Assembly: GCA_963781585.1 (NCBI GenBank)
Contig: CAWAGQ010000013.1
Span: 320,001 to 384,000 of the forward strand
Direction: 5' to 3'
Length of the DNA: 64,000 nt
DNA from: an uncultured Gemmatimonadaceae bacterium
Lineage (GTDB): Bacteria; Gemmatimonadota; Gemmatimonadetes; Gemmatimonadales; Gemmatimonadaceae
Positions 52,144 to 63,398 of this stretch are shown piece by piece. A program made the position numbers and the translations under genes. The notes under the pieces were generated by a model. The model was given only the letters and a program-made list of their open reading frames with translations, was not told the DNA's origin and did not search any database. The number at the start of each line of letters is the position of its first letter. The first letter of the stretch is position 1.

Positions 52144-52766
52144 CGGTCGCCTCGTCGGCGCCGGGCGCGCCGGTGGTAGGTGGCCATCTTGGCTCGGATG
52201 CCGCAACGCGCCATGCTGCACCAGCGCCGACTGTGGTTCTTCGTGCCGTCGAGAAAGAAGATCACGCACGCCGGATCGCTGCATTGACCGACGCGCTCCA
52301 GTGTGCCGCCGGTGAGCAGATCGCGGATCGAGGCCGCAATCGGTGCGAGTGGGCGGCGCGGGTCGCCGCCCGCAACCCGGTCTTCCGTCCGGAAGCGCCC
52401 GTGGTGCCAGACCAGGGTCGGAAGCAGGGGCCGGGTGGCGATGAGGTCGTTGGTCAGTGCGCCGAGCCGCCGGCATGCGCCGTCTTCGACGGCCGCTCGC
52501 GCCGTGACCCTCCCGAGAACGCGGCGCAACGCCCGGCGCAGGTCGCGTGCCGCGCGCAGCACGGTGCGGGCGTCCCGCTGCCGCCATCCGCGGACCGCGG
52601 CGCGCAGGTCAGGGGACGCGAGCACCCCCGCGGCGTCGAGCCAGCGCACCAGATCACGCGGTCCCTCCAGCCGGTCGACCGCCCGGCCGCCCGACATCAG
52701 CTCGGTGTTCGCGAAGTCGAGGCAGAGGACCCCACCGTCGAACACGAAACCGTCGCGATCCGCCAC
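52140..52766 (-). CDS. CGNR zinc finger / ABATE domain regulator
   Basis: [38 protein letters not shown]. Confidence 0.9.
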   Translation of the reverse strand: MADRDGFVFDGGVLCLDFANTELMSGGRAVDRLEGPRDLVRWLDAAGVLASPDLRAAVRGWRQRDARTVLRAARDLRRALRRVLGRVTARAAVEDGACRRLGALTNDLIATRPLLPTLVWHHGRFRTEDRVAGGDPRRPLAPIAASIRDLLTGGTLERVGQCSDPACVIFFLDGTKNHSRRWCSMARCGIRAKMATYHRRARRRRGDR

Positions 52767-52803
52767 AGCCCCTCCACGCAAGGTTGCCCCGGTCGCCGCT
52801 AGT

Positions 52804-52830
52804 TACCGGCAAAATAGTCTTTTGACGGTA
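52804..52830. promoter_or_regulatory. Putative CGNR operator
   Basis: TACCGGCAAAA-TAGTC-TTTTGACGGTA (10/11 inverted repeat), AT-rich, about 40 bp upstream of the CGNR gene. Confidence 0.7.
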
Positions 52831-53073
52831 GTGCCCCCGGGCCACCACGTCAATCCCCGCGGTCGCGCGCGCGGCGCCGTCGACCGCTGCACGGCGTGTG
52901 CTGCCGGTGAGGAGGAGGCCAGCGCGGAGGCCGGCGCGCGCCGCCGGCGACGCATCGAAATCCCACCCGCATCCGTCCCGGACCAGACCGGGGGGGTGTC
53001 GGCGACCCCAGGGGTGCCCCATCATGCGCGTCCAGTGGCTCGTGCAGATTCGTGCGTTCACCCCGAGGCCCGC

Positions 53074-53706
53074 ATGGCAGCGCCTGGACCATCGCCCGAC
53101 ACCCGGCACCCTGTTGCCGGCGTCACCCGCATGGGATTCCTGCGGAATTTCATCACCCGCCCGAACATCATTGTCGGCGACTACACGTACTACGACGATC
53201 CTCGCGGTCCGGAACAATTCGAGCAGAACGTCCTCTACCACTTCGACTTCAATCACGATCGGCTCGTGATTGGCAGGTTCTGCTCCATCGCTGCCGAGGT
53301 GCGGTTCATCATGAATGGCGGGAACCACGCAACCACCTGGATGACGACCTACCCGTTCCCGATCTTCGGCCAGAGGTGGGAACTAGCGCTGCCACCTTCC
53401 TGGCCGAACAAAGGTGACACGACGGTCGGCCATGACGTGTGGCTGGGATACGGCGCGCTGATCATGCCGGGCATCACCATCGGTAACGGCGCGATCATCG
53501 CGAGCGCGTCGGTCGTCACCCGGGACGTGCCCGCATACGCCGTGGTGGGAGGCAACCCGGCCCGAGTACTTCGCCGCCGCTTCGACGACGCGACAATAGC
53601 GCGGCTCGAAGCGTTGCGCTGGTGGGATTGGGATGCTCGGAAGATTGCGCGGAACGTGGCGGCGCTGTGCAGTAGCGATGTCGACGCGCTGGAACGCGCG
53701 AACTGA
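53074..53706 (+). CDS. Vat/CatB-related xenobiotic O-acetyltransferase
   Basis: [26 protein letters not shown]...[17 protein letters not shown] hexapeptide repeats, LRWWDW. Confidence 0.9.
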   Translation: MAAPGPSPDTRHPVAGVTRMGFLRNFITRPNIIVGDYTYYDDPRGPEQFEQNVLYHFDFNHDRLVIGRFCSIAAEVRFIMNGGNHATTWMTTYPFPIFGQRWELALPPSWPNKGDTTVGHDVWLGYGALIMPGITIGNGAIIASASVVTRDVPAYAVVGGNPARVLRRRFDDATIARLEALRWWDWDARKIARNVAALCSSDVDALERAN

Positions 53707-53814
53707 TCGCCACGCCTTCGCGCCAACGCCTGACGGCTCCCGCGAAAGTACGACTCAATCTGCTTGCGCCCCGGCCGCGGGCCGACACCGGAGGTGCCAG
53801 CCCGCCTCAACGCG

Positions 53815-54243
53815 CTACTTGGTGGCCCCGCTGATCTGTTGCACCAGCGTGTCGATGTCGAAGTATTGCCGGATGGACTTCGCTTTGCCGTCCGCAACCT
53901 CGATGATCTGGCAAGCGCGAAGCTCGATCGGGCGCCCGGTGGCTGCGATGTCGCCACTCGGCATCTTGAGGGACCCCTTCTGGTGGCCGCGCCACGTCAG
54001 TTCCAGCGTCACGGTGTTGCCGCTCGCCGTGGCTGACTCGAACGTCGCCGTCGAGTCGGGAATCGCCTCGGCCCAACCTTTCCACGCAGTAATGACGTCG
54101 TTTGCGCCGGTGAGTCGGCGGTGGGTGCCGACCTCGTCGTACACAACAGTCGGAAGGATCGTCTCTCGCACTCGGTCCCAATTCTTGGCGTTGTACGCCT
54201 CCACCGAGGCCTTCGCAATGTCGATGGGATTCTGCGTTGCCAT
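53815..54243 (-). CDS. SnoaL-like ester cyclase family protein
   Basis: EAYNAKNWD...WRGHQKG...ATGRPIELRAC...RQYFD. Confidence 0.85.
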   Translation of the reverse strand: MATQNPIDIAKASVEAYNAKNWDRVRETILPTVVYDEVGTHRRLTGANDVITAWKGWAEAIPDSTATFESATASGNTVTLELTWRGHQKGSLKMPSGDIAATGRPIELRACQIIEVADGKAKSIRQYFDIDTLVQQISGATK

Positions 54244-54453
54244 GATCTACCTCCAGAGAAACTTGGACAACGCGAACGTATCGCCGCGACGCGGATCGCG
54301 ACAGCCCGGATACGAACTCGCTGCAAGTTCGTTGTCTCGCGGGGCCGGCACGGTTGCATTCCACTCTGCGCGTGCACTCCGACGTCCAAGCGCACGAGCC
54401 GATGAGAGCGCCGCACTCAGTGATGCTGTTCAGTGCGACGTCGACGTGGCCGG

Positions 54454-54481
54454 TTGACATCGCGGCAATGCGGGCCACATT
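54454..54481 (+). promoter_or_regulatory. Possible sigma70 promoter
   Basis: TTGACA-N16-CACATT upstream of the FAD oxidoreductase. Confidence 0.4.
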
Positions 54482-54539
54482 GGGAGAAAGGTCGCTGGCG
54501 AGCGATCGGACATGCCCGACGCCGGAATCCGGAGGCGAG

Positions 54540-55952
54540 ATGGCCAGCAGTCAATCTGCCGCCGTCGTGCTTGGGGCCAGCATCAGCAGGCTGCTCGCGG
54601 CGCGCGCATTGAGCAGACACTTCGAGAACGTGACGGTCGTCGAGCGCGATGTCCTGCCGGACGCCGAGGTGATGCGCAAGGGTGTCCCGCAATCCGGTCA
54701 TGCGCATGGCCTGCTCGCCAGCGGGTACCGGGTGATGGATGCGTATTTCCCGGGTCTGATGGATGGGCTGGAGGATCGCGGTGCGCCTCGCGGCGACGTC
54801 ACCGGAGATTTCCTGTGGTTCCAGTTCGGTCGATGGAAGCTGCGCCACCATTCGGGGATTCGCGGAATCACCGTAAGCAGGCCCTGCCTGGAGGCGGCGG
54901 TCCGGCGACGGGTCAAAGCCATACCGAACGTGACATTTCTCGAGGGCGTCGACGGCATTGGTCCGGTGTTCGACGAGACCCGCGGGCGAGTGCGCGGCCT
55001 GGTGGTGCGCGCGCGCGAGACCGACACGCGGCGAACCGTCGACGCCGACCTGGTGGTGGACGCCTCGGGCAGGGGATCAAAGTCGCCGGCGTGGCTCGAG
55101 GCCTCCGGATTCGAGCGCCCGCGGGAGGTCGCGGTTCGGGTCAACGTCGGTTACGCCACCCGGATCTTCGAGCGGCAGGCGGGCGACCTGTTCAGCGCCA
55201 TGGGCGCCATCGTGGCGAGTACGCCGCCGGCGGGAACCCGCGCAGGCGCGGTCCTCGGTGCCGAAGAGGAGCGCTGGATCGTGACCCTCATCGGAACGGT
55301 GGGGGATTATCCACCGACCGACCCGGACGCGTGGAATTCGTTTGCCGCCACCCTCCCGACAGGCGCCGTCCACGACCTGGTGACGCACGCCCGGCCTCTG
55401 ACGGACATCGTCAGCTATCGATTTCCCGAAAACCGCCGTTTGCTGTACGAGCGCCTGAAGCGGTTCCCTCGTGGGTATCTCGTGATCGGCGATGCCGTGT
55501 GCAGCTTCAACCCGATATACGGGCAGGGCATGTCGGTCGCCGCCACCGAAGCGCAGGCGCTCGACGACTGCCTGGAACGCGCCGAGGGACTCGACGGACT
55601 CCAGCGTCGCTTCTTCAGTCGCGCGCGACGGGTCGTCGATGTTCCCTGGACCATCGCGACCGGCGAGGATCTGCGATACCCGCAGACGGAGGGCCAGCGT
55701 CCGTTCGCATCGCGCGTTCTCAACGGTTACCTCGAGCGGGTGCACGCCATCGCGTCGACCGACGCGGTCGTTTGCGACCGATTCTTCGACGTGCTCAATC
55801 TATTGGCGCCCCCGGAGTCGCTGCTGTCACCGCCGGTGCTATGGCGCGTGCTCACGCACCCGAAGCCACCGCGCGAGGGCTCACCGTGGGGCACGCTGCC
55901 CCCAGAGCGGGCGGAGCACCGCGCGCGCGAGATGCAGGGCGGTACGCGCTGA
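54540..55952 (+). CDS. FAD-dependent oxidoreductase/monooxygenase
   Basis: AVVLGASIS, RKGVPQSGHAH, DASGRGS, GDAVCSFNPIYGQGMS. Confidence 0.88.
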   Translation: MASSQSAAVVLGASISRLLAARALSRHFENVTVVERDVLPDAEVMRKGVPQSGHAHGLLASGYRVMDAYFPGLMDGLEDRGAPRGDVTGDFLWFQFGRWKLRHHSGIRGITVSRPCLEAAVRRRVKAIPNVTFLEGVDGIGPVFDETRGRVRGLVVRARETDTRRTVDADLVVDASGRGSKSPAWLEASGFERPREVAVRVNVGYATRIFERQAGDLFSAMGAIVASTPPAGTRAGAVLGAEEERWIVTLIGTVGDYPPTDPDAWNSFAATLPTGAVHDLVTHARPLTDIVSYRFPENRRLLYERLKRFPRGYLVIGDAVCSFNPIYGQGMSVAATEAQALDDCLERAEGLDGLQRRFFSRARRVVDVPWTIATGEDLRYPQTEGQRPFASRVLNGYLERVHAIASTDAVVCDRFFDVLNLLAPPESLLSPPVLWRVLTHPKPPREGSPWGTLPPERAEHRAREMQGGTR

Positions 55953-55968
55953 TCAGCCCTGGCGCCGC

Positions 55969-57297
55969 TCAGGGTGATCCGAACCGGAATGCCGCGCGCA
56001 TGTCCGCGGCACGTGCATCGCGCGTGGACAGCGGCCGGAGACCGAAGCGGTGTTCGATCAGGGCGAGAATCGAGGTCGTGTCGTAGATCGTGTGATCCAC
56101 GAACCCCTGTCGCGCGAACGGCGAGATGACGATTGCCGGAACCCGTGTCCCGGGTCCCCAGCGATCGACTGTCGGCGGCGCGACGTGATCCCAGAAGCCG
56201 CCGTTCTCATCATAGGTCACGATGATGGCGGCATCCTTCCAGTCCGGGCCGTTGCGTACGACATCGATCAGCGAGTCCACGTGCCGCTCGGCGTTCAGTA
56301 TGTCGCTGTATCCGGGATGCTCGTTCACCTCGCCAAGGGGTTTCACGAACGACACGGCCGGCAGCGTCCCGGCGGCGGCGCGACGGAAAAACTCGGTTTC
56401 ATCGAGCAGATGCTCGGAGCGCGCCTGCGAGCTGTCGGCGAAGGTGGCGAAGTAGGCGAACGGCTGGTGGTGAAACTGGAATGACGGATCGGGTCGTCCA
56501 GCCTCGGCGTCGTCCCAACCGCCCGAGAACCACGCCCAGCTCACTCCGGCGTCGTTCAGGCGGTCGCCGATGGTCGGGAGATGAACGGGCGGCACGAGTT
56601 GGTCGGCCGGCACGTTCGCCGGGTGTGGGGAATACGCCGAGAAAGCGGTGTTCACCACGAACCCCTCGGGCATCACCGCGCCGTCGACGCGGAGAAATCC
56701 CGCCGAGTCGATCACGGCGCGCATGGTGGGCGGCGCGTCGAGCCAGGTCGGAGTGGCGGCGGCCACCAGCCAGATATGATTGAGGAACGACCCGCCGAAC
56801 GCGGCGTGGAAGAAGTGGTCGCACAAGGTGTACCGCGTCGCTTCGGCCGCCAGGGGAAGTCCAGCTGTGGGGTAGTAGCCCATCACGAGTCCTTCGGCGT
56901 CACTCACCACCGCGAACCGGTCCATTCGTCCCCCGTTGATCTGCGCCCTTTCCTGGTAGTAACGGTGGACCAGGTCCCGGGTGGGCCGGTCGGCCGGGAC
57001 GTACCGGGTGATGTCGAAGGGCGCGTTAGGCAGGTCGCGCGGGAACGGGGTATCGTCTGCCTGGGGGAGGGTGGGGTACGGGGTTCCTGACAGATCCACC
57101 TGAGGCGCTGCCCCCCGGGCCTGCGCGAGCCCGTCGGCACCGGGGAACTGGCCATACAGGTTGTCGAAGCTGCGATTCTCGAGGTAGATGACGACGATGT
57201 GTCCGATGTTGGCGAGGCCCGCCGGCGGCGATGCCCCAGCATGGGGGCGTCCGCACGAGGCGAGCGCAACGAACAGAACGGTCAGCATGCGCGTCAT
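55969..57297 (-). CDS. Phosphoesterase family acid phosphatase (AcpA-like), putative lipoprotein
   Basis: [50 protein letters not shown]. Confidence 0.92.
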   Translation of the reverse strand: MTRMLTVLFVALASCGRPHAGASPPAGLANIGHIVVIYLENRSFDNLYGQFPGADGLAQARGAAPQVDLSGTPYPTLPQADDTPFPRDLPNAPFDITRYVPADRPTRDLVHRYYQERAQINGGRMDRFAVVSDAEGLVMGYYPTAGLPLAAEATRYTLCDHFFHAAFGGSFLNHIWLVAAATPTWLDAPPTMRAVIDSAGFLRVDGAVMPEGFVVNTAFSAYSPHPANVPADQLVPPVHLPTIGDRLNDAGVSWAWFSGGWDDAEAGRPDPSFQFHHQPFAYFATFADSSQARSEHLLDETEFFRRAAAGTLPAVSFVKPLGEVNEHPGYSDILNAERHVDSLIDVVRNGPDWKDAAIIVTYDENGGFWDHVAPPTVDRWGPGTRVPAIVISPFARQGFVDHTIYDTTSILALIEHRFGLRPLSTRDARAADMRAAFRFGSP

Positions 57298-57634
57298 GCC
57301 GCGCGCATCCCGCGTTGTCGGGATGGCTGTCGGAACCCGGGATTTCGTCACAGCGTGCGGTGGGAGATTGGGGAAGGGTGAGTTCCTGGCGCCTCTCATG
57401 ATAATCGATGGGGGCCGCTGCTCGTGGCGGGGCAATAACAACTTCGCGCTCGGGCGCGAAAGCGTTGGGTGGGGCGCTGTCACGGTGCGCACAAGAGAGA
57501 TCGTCGCGCCATGCCGGAAGCCAGAGGGAAGGCGAGCCGGAGCCGACGCGAAAAGCGCTCCGGCGGTCGCGCCTCTTGTGGGACTCCGGTCGGTCGCGCA
57601 TTAACCCTGCCAACCCCTTTCCCGGAGTCGCGCC

Positions 57635-59881
57635 CTGGCTGTTGAGGTCCGCCTCAGCCGCGAACTACGGCTGATCGACGTCACGCTCATTGGTGTCGGC
57701 GCCATGATTGGCGCCGGCATCTTCGTGCTCACGGGCATCGCCGCCGGTGTAGCCGGGCCCGCACTGATCCTCGTCTTCGCCCTGAATGGTCTGGTGGCGA
57801 TCGTCGCCGCCATGTCCTATGCGGAACTTGGAGGGGCGATCAGCGGCGCCGGCGGCGGCTACCTGTACGTCAAGCGCTCCCTGCCCAACCCGAGCGGATT
57901 CCTGGCCGGGTGGGCGAACTGGTTCGCGAACGCGGTGGCCTGCTCGCTCTACGCTCTGGGTTTCGGCGCCTACTTCAGGCAAACGCTCGAAGTCGTCGGC
58001 GTCCGGAACGTCACCACGCCGTTCGTGCCAGTCGAGGTGTGGATCGCGGTCGCGGCCTGCCTGATCTTCGCCGTGATCAACTTTCGTGGTGCATCGGAAG
58101 CGGGAAAGGCCGGCAACGTGGTGACGATAGGGAAGATCGTCATCATCGGTCTGTTCATCGTCGCCGGACTGTGGACCATGGCGCGACGTACGGGATGGCA
58201 GGGGTCGTTCTCGCCGTTCCTGTCGAGGGGCTGGAGCGGTGTGCTGGCCGCCATGGGTCTGACCTTCATCGCCTTCGAGGGCTACGAGATCATCGCCCAG
58301 ACCAACGAAGAGGTGGAAAATCCGAAACGCAACGTGCCGATGGCGGTGATGCTCTGTCTCCTGATCGTCATCCCGATCTATTTGCTGGTCGCGTTCGTCG
58401 CGGTGGGGGCGACCGTGCCCCCGTCGGGCACGTCGGTCACGCAATTCCTCGGCGAACAGAAGGAGACGGCCCTCGTGACGGCGGCCAACCAGTTCGTCGT
58501 CGGTGGGGGCCTGGTTGTTCTGGTAGGCGGGCTGTTGTCCACTCTTTCGGCCTTGAACGCCACGATCTTCTCATCCTCCCGGGTGGCGTTCGCCATGGCG
58601 CGCGATGCCAGCCTCCCACACGCGCTGGCGCGGGTCCACTCGAAGCGCGGTACGCCGTACGTCGCCATCGTCGTCTCGGCCGCGCTCATCATCGTCATGG
58701 CAGTGGCGCTGCCGATCGAAGATGTCGCGGCATCGGCCAGCGTGATGTACTTCCTGCTGTTCGCCGCCGTGAGCGTCGCCGTCATCCGGTTGAGGCGCAC
58801 GCATCCCGACCTCGATCGCGGATTCCGGGTACCCTTCGTGCCGGTGACGCCGCTGTTGGGGCTGGTGGCGATGCTCTTCCTGGCCGCGCTGACGTACAGG
58901 TCGTATCCCGTCGCGTGGGCGGCAGCCGGGGCCTGGATTGGCGTCGGTGTAGTCGTCTACTACGGCTACAGCCGGAGGCGCGAAACCGCCTTCCAGGCGC
59001 GGACGTCCTGGATGGAGCGCATCGATCGGGACGAGTACCGCGTGCAGGTGGCCCTCTCGAGCCTTCGCACACTCCCGTCGCTCATGGAGGTCGGGCTTGG
59101 CATCGCCCACGCACACGGCGGAGAGCTGGTCCTCGTGCACGTGATTGAGGTGCGTGATGGCGAGCCGCTGGAAGCACGACGGGATACGCCGGCGGAGGTG
59201 GAGGAGCTGCTGGAGCAGGGCGTCGAGTACGCGCGCGTACGGGGCGTCACCGCCCGCCCGGTCATCCGGGTCGGCCACCGCATCAGCCACGCGCTGGTTC
59301 AGACGGCGCGCGAAGAGGCGTGCAATTTCCTGGTCACCGGCCAGCCGCAGCAGCAATCGATCTTCGAGCGGTTCGTGTCTTCCATCGTGGAGCGGGTCTT
59401 GCAACGCGCTCCATGTCAGGTGGCGGTGGTGTACGGCACCATCGATCGCGACACGCTGTCCGGTCTCACCGTGCCTGTCACGTCGGGGCGTAACTCGGAG
59501 CTGGCCGCGCGACTGGCCCCCGCGCTGGCCGGCTGGTTCGGCGTCGACATGCGCGCGATTACAATGCTGGACAAGTCGATGAGTGACGAGGACGCCGAGC
59601 AACTGGCGCAGGATGCGCGAGCGACGCTGCAAGACGCCGAATTCGCGCGGGAGCTCGAAACCATCCATATTCCGGCGACCGAGCGCGGATTTCTGCTGGC
59701 CGTCCCGCCGCGCGAGCTGGTGCTGATTGGCGCGCCCACGAGCGGACCGGTGGTTCCGGTGCTCGGAGATACCCTTCCCGCGGTCATCGCCCGGCACAAC
59801 CGCAATCCGGTCATCGTGGTGCGGGCGGTAGAGGAACGTCAGGCCCGACGATTCGAACGCGCGTTCTTCGCGAGGGCATAG
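57635..59881 (+). CDS. APC amino acid permease fused to universal stress protein domains
   Basis: LSRELRLIDVTLIGVGAMIGAGIF, FIAFEGYE, USP-like C-terminus; probable CTG start at 57635. Confidence 0.88.
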   Translation: MAVEVRLSRELRLIDVTLIGVGAMIGAGIFVLTGIAAGVAGPALILVFALNGLVAIVAAMSYAELGGAISGAGGGYLYVKRSLPNPSGFLAGWANWFANAVACSLYALGFGAYFRQTLEVVGVRNVTTPFVPVEVWIAVAACLIFAVINFRGASEAGKAGNVVTIGKIVIIGLFIVAGLWTMARRTGWQGSFSPFLSRGWSGVLAAMGLTFIAFEGYEIIAQTNEEVENPKRNVPMAVMLCLLIVIPIYLLVAFVAVGATVPPSGTSVTQFLGEQKETALVTAANQFVVGGGLVVLVGGLLSTLSALNATIFSSSRVAFAMARDASLPHALARVHSKRGTPYVAIVVSAALIIVMAVALPIEDVAASASVMYFLLFAAVSVAVIRLRRTHPDLDRGFRVPFVPVTPLLGLVAMLFLAALTYRSYPVAWAAAGAWIGVGVVVYYGYSRRRETAFQARTSWMERIDRDEYRVQVALSSLRTLPSLMEVGLGIAHAHGGELVLVHVIEVRDGEPLEARRDTPAEVEELLEQGVEYARVRGVTARPVIRVGHRISHALVQTAREEACNFLVTGQPQQQSIFERFVSSIVERVLQRAPCQVAVVYGTIDRDTLSGLTVPVTSGRNSELAARLAPALAGWFGVDMRAITMLDKSMSDEDAEQLAQDARATLQDAEFARELETIHIPATERGFLLAVPPRELVLIGAPTSGPVVPVLGDTLPAVIARHNRNPVIVVRAVEERQARRFERAFFARA

Positions 59882-59887
59882 GCCATC

Positions 59888-60556
59888 ATGCAGACCCCAA
59901 CCGGCGGCACGGTCGCCGGATTCCAGACTCAGGTCATCGACTACCTCCCTACGCTAGCCGCCGGCCTGATCGTCCTGGTCCTGGGCGTTCTGGTGGGATG
60001 GCTGGTGAAGCGCGCCGTGGTGCGGATGCTCACGTGGGCGCGATTGGACCGGCTTGGCGGCCGGCGCGCATGGCGCGCGGCGTTCCGGAAGGGGGACGTC
60101 CGCTCCGCCCTCTACGACATTATGGGCAATGTGGCCATGGTGCTGGTCACGCTCCTGTTCGTCGACAATGCCACGGAGATCTGGGGTCTGACCGTGGTCA
60201 ACCGACTTATCGACGGGCTGCTCTTCCAACTGCCGAATCTCGCGCTGGTGGCGCTCATTGTCGGCGTCGGGCTGTTGCTGTCGAACACACTGGCCAGTCG
60301 GATCGAGGACGCGCTGGAGGAGGAGGACGTCGCGTACCCGCGCCTGATCGCGAAGGCGATCAAGGGAGCGCTTCTGGCCATCGTCGGAGCACTCGCGTTA
60401 TGGCAGCTCAACTTCGCCCGGCAGATCGTCCTGGCGGCGTTCCTGATCGCGTTCGGCGCCATCGGCGTCGCATTCGCCCTCGCGGTCGGACTTGGTGCGT
60501 CACGAGCCATTCAGCAGGGCTTGCAAGGTTTGTTGGACAGGAAGAAGAACGGCTGA
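59888..60556 (+). CDS. Mechanosensitive channel-associated TM-helix repeat protein (CmpX-like)
   Basis: YLPTL/QLPNL repeats, ALAVGLG. Confidence 0.8.
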   Translation: MQTPTGGTVAGFQTQVIDYLPTLAAGLIVLVLGVLVGWLVKRAVVRMLTWARLDRLGGRRAWRAAFRKGDVRSALYDIMGNVAMVLVTLLFVDNATEIWGLTVVNRLIDGLLFQLPNLALVALIVGVGLLLSNTLASRIEDALEEEDVAYPRLIAKAIKGALLAIVGALALWQLNFARQIVLAAFLIAFGAIGVAFALAVGLGASRAIQQGLQGLLDRKKNG

Positions 60557-60573
60557 CCCTCGCGCAGCCCGTA

Positions 60574-62337
60574 TCATTCCGGAGCGACTGAATCGGACGT
60601 TTCGTTTCCCGTTACCACGAGTGGCTCGTCACGCGGGCTCCGGGGGGAGACGCTGGTGCCGGGGAAAATGCGGAAGTACTCCGCGATCGTCGGCGACGTG
60701 CCGCAGATGGAGACGATGTCCCCCGGCTGCAGCCTGAATGTGCCGTCGAACTCCACGTACACGTCGTCGGCGCGTTCCACGGCCACCACCGAGCAACCCG
60801 TCCGCTCACGGATCATCCGGGTCGCAAGGGGCTGGCCGACGAGGCTCCCGGGAGATGTCGCTACCAGCTTGATCTCGGCCTCGAGCGAGACGGATTCCTG
60901 ACCGAGCAGGTGGAAAGCGAGGAGCTGACCGGCCACCTGGCCGAGGGAAAGCGCGAAGTCGGCACCGGCACGATGGATCCGCGACACATTCTCGGCCCGG
61001 CGGGCACCGGCCACGATGAGCACCTCGGGCGCGAGGCTTCGTACGACTGCCGCAGCGAACAGGGTGGCGCTGTCCGACTCCAGCGTCAACACCACAGCCC
61101 GTGCCTCCGCCGCACCGGCGCGCGTCAGCGCCTCGGGGTCGAGCGGGTCGCCCACCACGTCCGCACGACCCGTCGGGTCCTCGTGCACGACCAGGACTTC
61201 CTCATCGGCGAGCCGGAGAAATTCAGCCGCCTTGACCCCGAGGAGGCTGCTGCCAAGGACGAGAATGGGTCCCGGCCGGTGCACCGGGGTGGCAAGCTCG
61301 CTCAGTCGCGCGATCCCCTGCTGGCTCCCGACTGCCACGACAATGGTACCCACCTCCAGACTCGTACCGAGATTCGGCTGGCTGATGAACTTGCCCGCGA
61401 TCCAGAGGCCGACGATGGTTGCCCCGGTGCGTGATCGGACGTTCGAATCGCGAATGGAATGACCGGCGAGCGCGCTGGCGGCATGGATCCGCAGTTCGGC
61501 CACTTCGAGATGTTGGCCGAGATGCCGCACGCCGGAGATGCGCGGGCTGAGTCGATTGCTTGCCCGCGCGGCGATGGCGGCTGCCAGTACGTGAGTCGGC
61601 GTGAACGCGGTGGTCGCGCCGGCGCGGAGCATGGCCGTGCGTCGGACGGGATTGTCGACCATCGCCAGTATCGGACCGCTGAAACCGTTGTACCGCGCGC
61701 TCAGCGCCATGGCGGCGTTGTCCTCGTCGTCGCCGTTGGCAACCACGGCGCGCGCCCCGGCCAGATTCCGCAGGTCAGGATCATCCTGCTCCAGACTTCC
61801 CAGCACCACGCGGTGTCCCTGCTCGTGCAAACGGCGCGCGGTGGCCTCGTCCTCCTCGAGAATCACGACCGGAACGCCGGCCTGGTCGAGCTCGTCGAGC
61901 AGTGACGTGACCGCGGGTCCGTATCGATAGACGACCACGTCGCCCGAGAGCGGTGGCAGCGTGCCGGGAAGCCGGGCCTGGAAGCGTTCCTCGAGAAAGG
62001 GAATCACGAATACCGGGATTATGAGAAAGATCATCGCGACGCCGGCGAACTCGGCGACGACGACGTAGGCTTCCATGAGGGGGTGCGTCCAGGTCGTGTC
62101 GCGCCCGAAGCCGGTCGTGGTCATCGTGGCCACCGCCCACTGCAGGCTTTCCCCGAGGCTGCGCGGCGCGTGCTCCAGGTGCGCCATCCCGAGTTGGTAG
62201 AGCACTGCCAGGACGAACGCGACCAGGGGCAGCGCCAGGAGCAGCAGGGTGAGTCGGCGGACCGACCGGGGTATCTGGCGTAGCACCGGGTTCGGACGGC
62301 TGAAGGAGCGAGCAAGGCCTCGATGAGGCCGGCCCAT
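60574..62337 (-). CDS. Potassium channel protein with tandem TrkA-N/TrkA-C (RCK) domains
   Basis: ATMTTTGFG pore motif, two RCK pairs; start uncertain. Confidence 0.88.
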   Translation of the reverse strand: MGRPHRGLARSFSRPNPVLRQIPRSVRRLTLLLLALPLVAFVLAVLYQLGMAHLEHAPRSLGESLQWAVATMTTTGFGRDTTWTHPLMEAYVVVAEFAGVAMIFLIIPVFVIPFLEERFQARLPGTLPPLSGDVVVYRYGPAVTSLLDELDQAGVPVVILEEDEATARRLHEQGHRVVLGSLEQDDPDLRNLAGARAVVANGDDEDNAAMALSARYNGFSGPILAMVDNPVRRTAMLRAGATTAFTPTHVLAAAIAARASNRLSPRISGVRHLGQHLEVAELRIHAASALAGHSIRDSNVRSRTGATIVGLWIAGKFISQPNLGTSLEVGTIVVAVGSQQGIARLSELATPVHRPGPILVLGSSLLGVKAAEFLRLADEEVLVVHEDPTGRADVVGDPLDPEALTRAGAAEARAVVLTLESDSATLFAAAVVRSLAPEVLIVAGARRAENVSRIHRAGADFALSLGQVAGQLLAFHLLGQESVSLEAEIKLVATSPGSLVGQPLATRMIRERTGCSVVAVERADDVYVEFDGTFRLQPGDIVSICGTSPTIAEYFRIFPGTSVSPRSPRDEPLVVTGNETSDSVAPE

Positions 62338-62445
62338 GACGGCGATCCCGACGCGGCCGGGCCATCACCGACATCGCTATCCCGGGCCGGCCGTGCGTCT
62401 CCTACAGTGCCGGCGAATCCGCGCCGGCGCCAGCGCTGTGTCGCT

Positions 62446-63360
62446 CTATCCGAACAATCCCTCCACCGACAGATACCGCTCGCCGGTGTCGTAGCAGAAG
62501 GTCAGCACGCGGCTCCCTTTCGGAACGTCGGGAATCTTCTTCGCGACGGCCGCCAGCGCCGCGCCTGACGAGGGACCCACGAAGATCGCCTCCTCCTTCG
62601 CGGCGCGTACGGCGTACGCGAATGCCTCCTCCTCTGTCACCTGCACCGTCCCGTCGAGCACTTTCGTGTTGAGGATGGCGGGAATGAAGCCCGCCCCGAT
62701 CCCCTGGATCTTGTGCGGGCTGGGGCTCCCGCCGGAAATGACCGCCGACTTGGCCGGCTCCACGGCGAACGCCTTGAGCTTCGGGAACTTCTCCTTCAGC
62801 ACCTCGGCCACGCCGGTGATGTGGCCACCGGTGCCGACGCCGGTGATGAGGAAGTCGAACCCCTCGGGGAAATCGGCCAGGATCTCCCGGGCGGTGGCAC
62901 GACGGTGGATCTCGGTATTCGCCGGGTTCTCGAACTGTTGCGGCATCCAGCTGCCCGGCGTCTTCGCGATCAGCTCCCTGGCGCGCTCGATCGCGCCGGG
63001 CATCCCTTTCTCGCGCGGCGTCAGGTCGAGCTCGGCGCCGTAGGCGGTCATGATGCGCCGGCGCTCGATGGACATCGACTCCGGCATCACGAGGATCAGG
63101 CGATACCCTTTCACGGCGGCGACCATCGCCAGCCCGATTCCCGTGTTCCCGCTGGTCGGTTCGATGATCACCGTTCCCGCCTTGATGACGCCGCGTCGCT
63201 CGGCGTCCTCGATCATCGACAGCCCGATGCGGTCCTTGATGCTGCCTCCCGGATTGGCGCGCTCGAGCTTGAGCCACACTTCGACGCTCCGGTCGAAGAG
63301 GCGATTGATGCGCACGTGAGGGGTGCCGCCAATCGTATCGAGAATCGTTGCCGCCCGCAT
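62446..63360 (-). CDS. cysK: Cysteine synthase A
   Basis: [43 protein letters not shown]. Confidence 0.96.
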   Translation of the reverse strand: MRAATILDTIGGTPHVRINRLFDRSVEVWLKLERANPGGSIKDRIGLSMIEDAERRGVIKAGTVIIEPTSGNTGIGLAMVAAVKGYRLILVMPESMSIERRRIMTAYGAELDLTPREKGMPGAIERARELIAKTPGSWMPQQFENPANTEIHRRATAREILADFPEGFDFLITGVGTGGHITGVAEVLKEKFPKLKAFAVEPAKSAVISGGSPSPHKIQGIGAGFIPAILNTKVLDGTVQVTEEEAFAYAVRAAKEEAIFVGPSSGAALAAVAKKIPDVPKGSRVLTFCYDTGERYLSVEGLFG

Positions 63361-63398
63361 GTCCCGTCCCCGTTAGGTGTTGATGGTTGATTGTCAGG

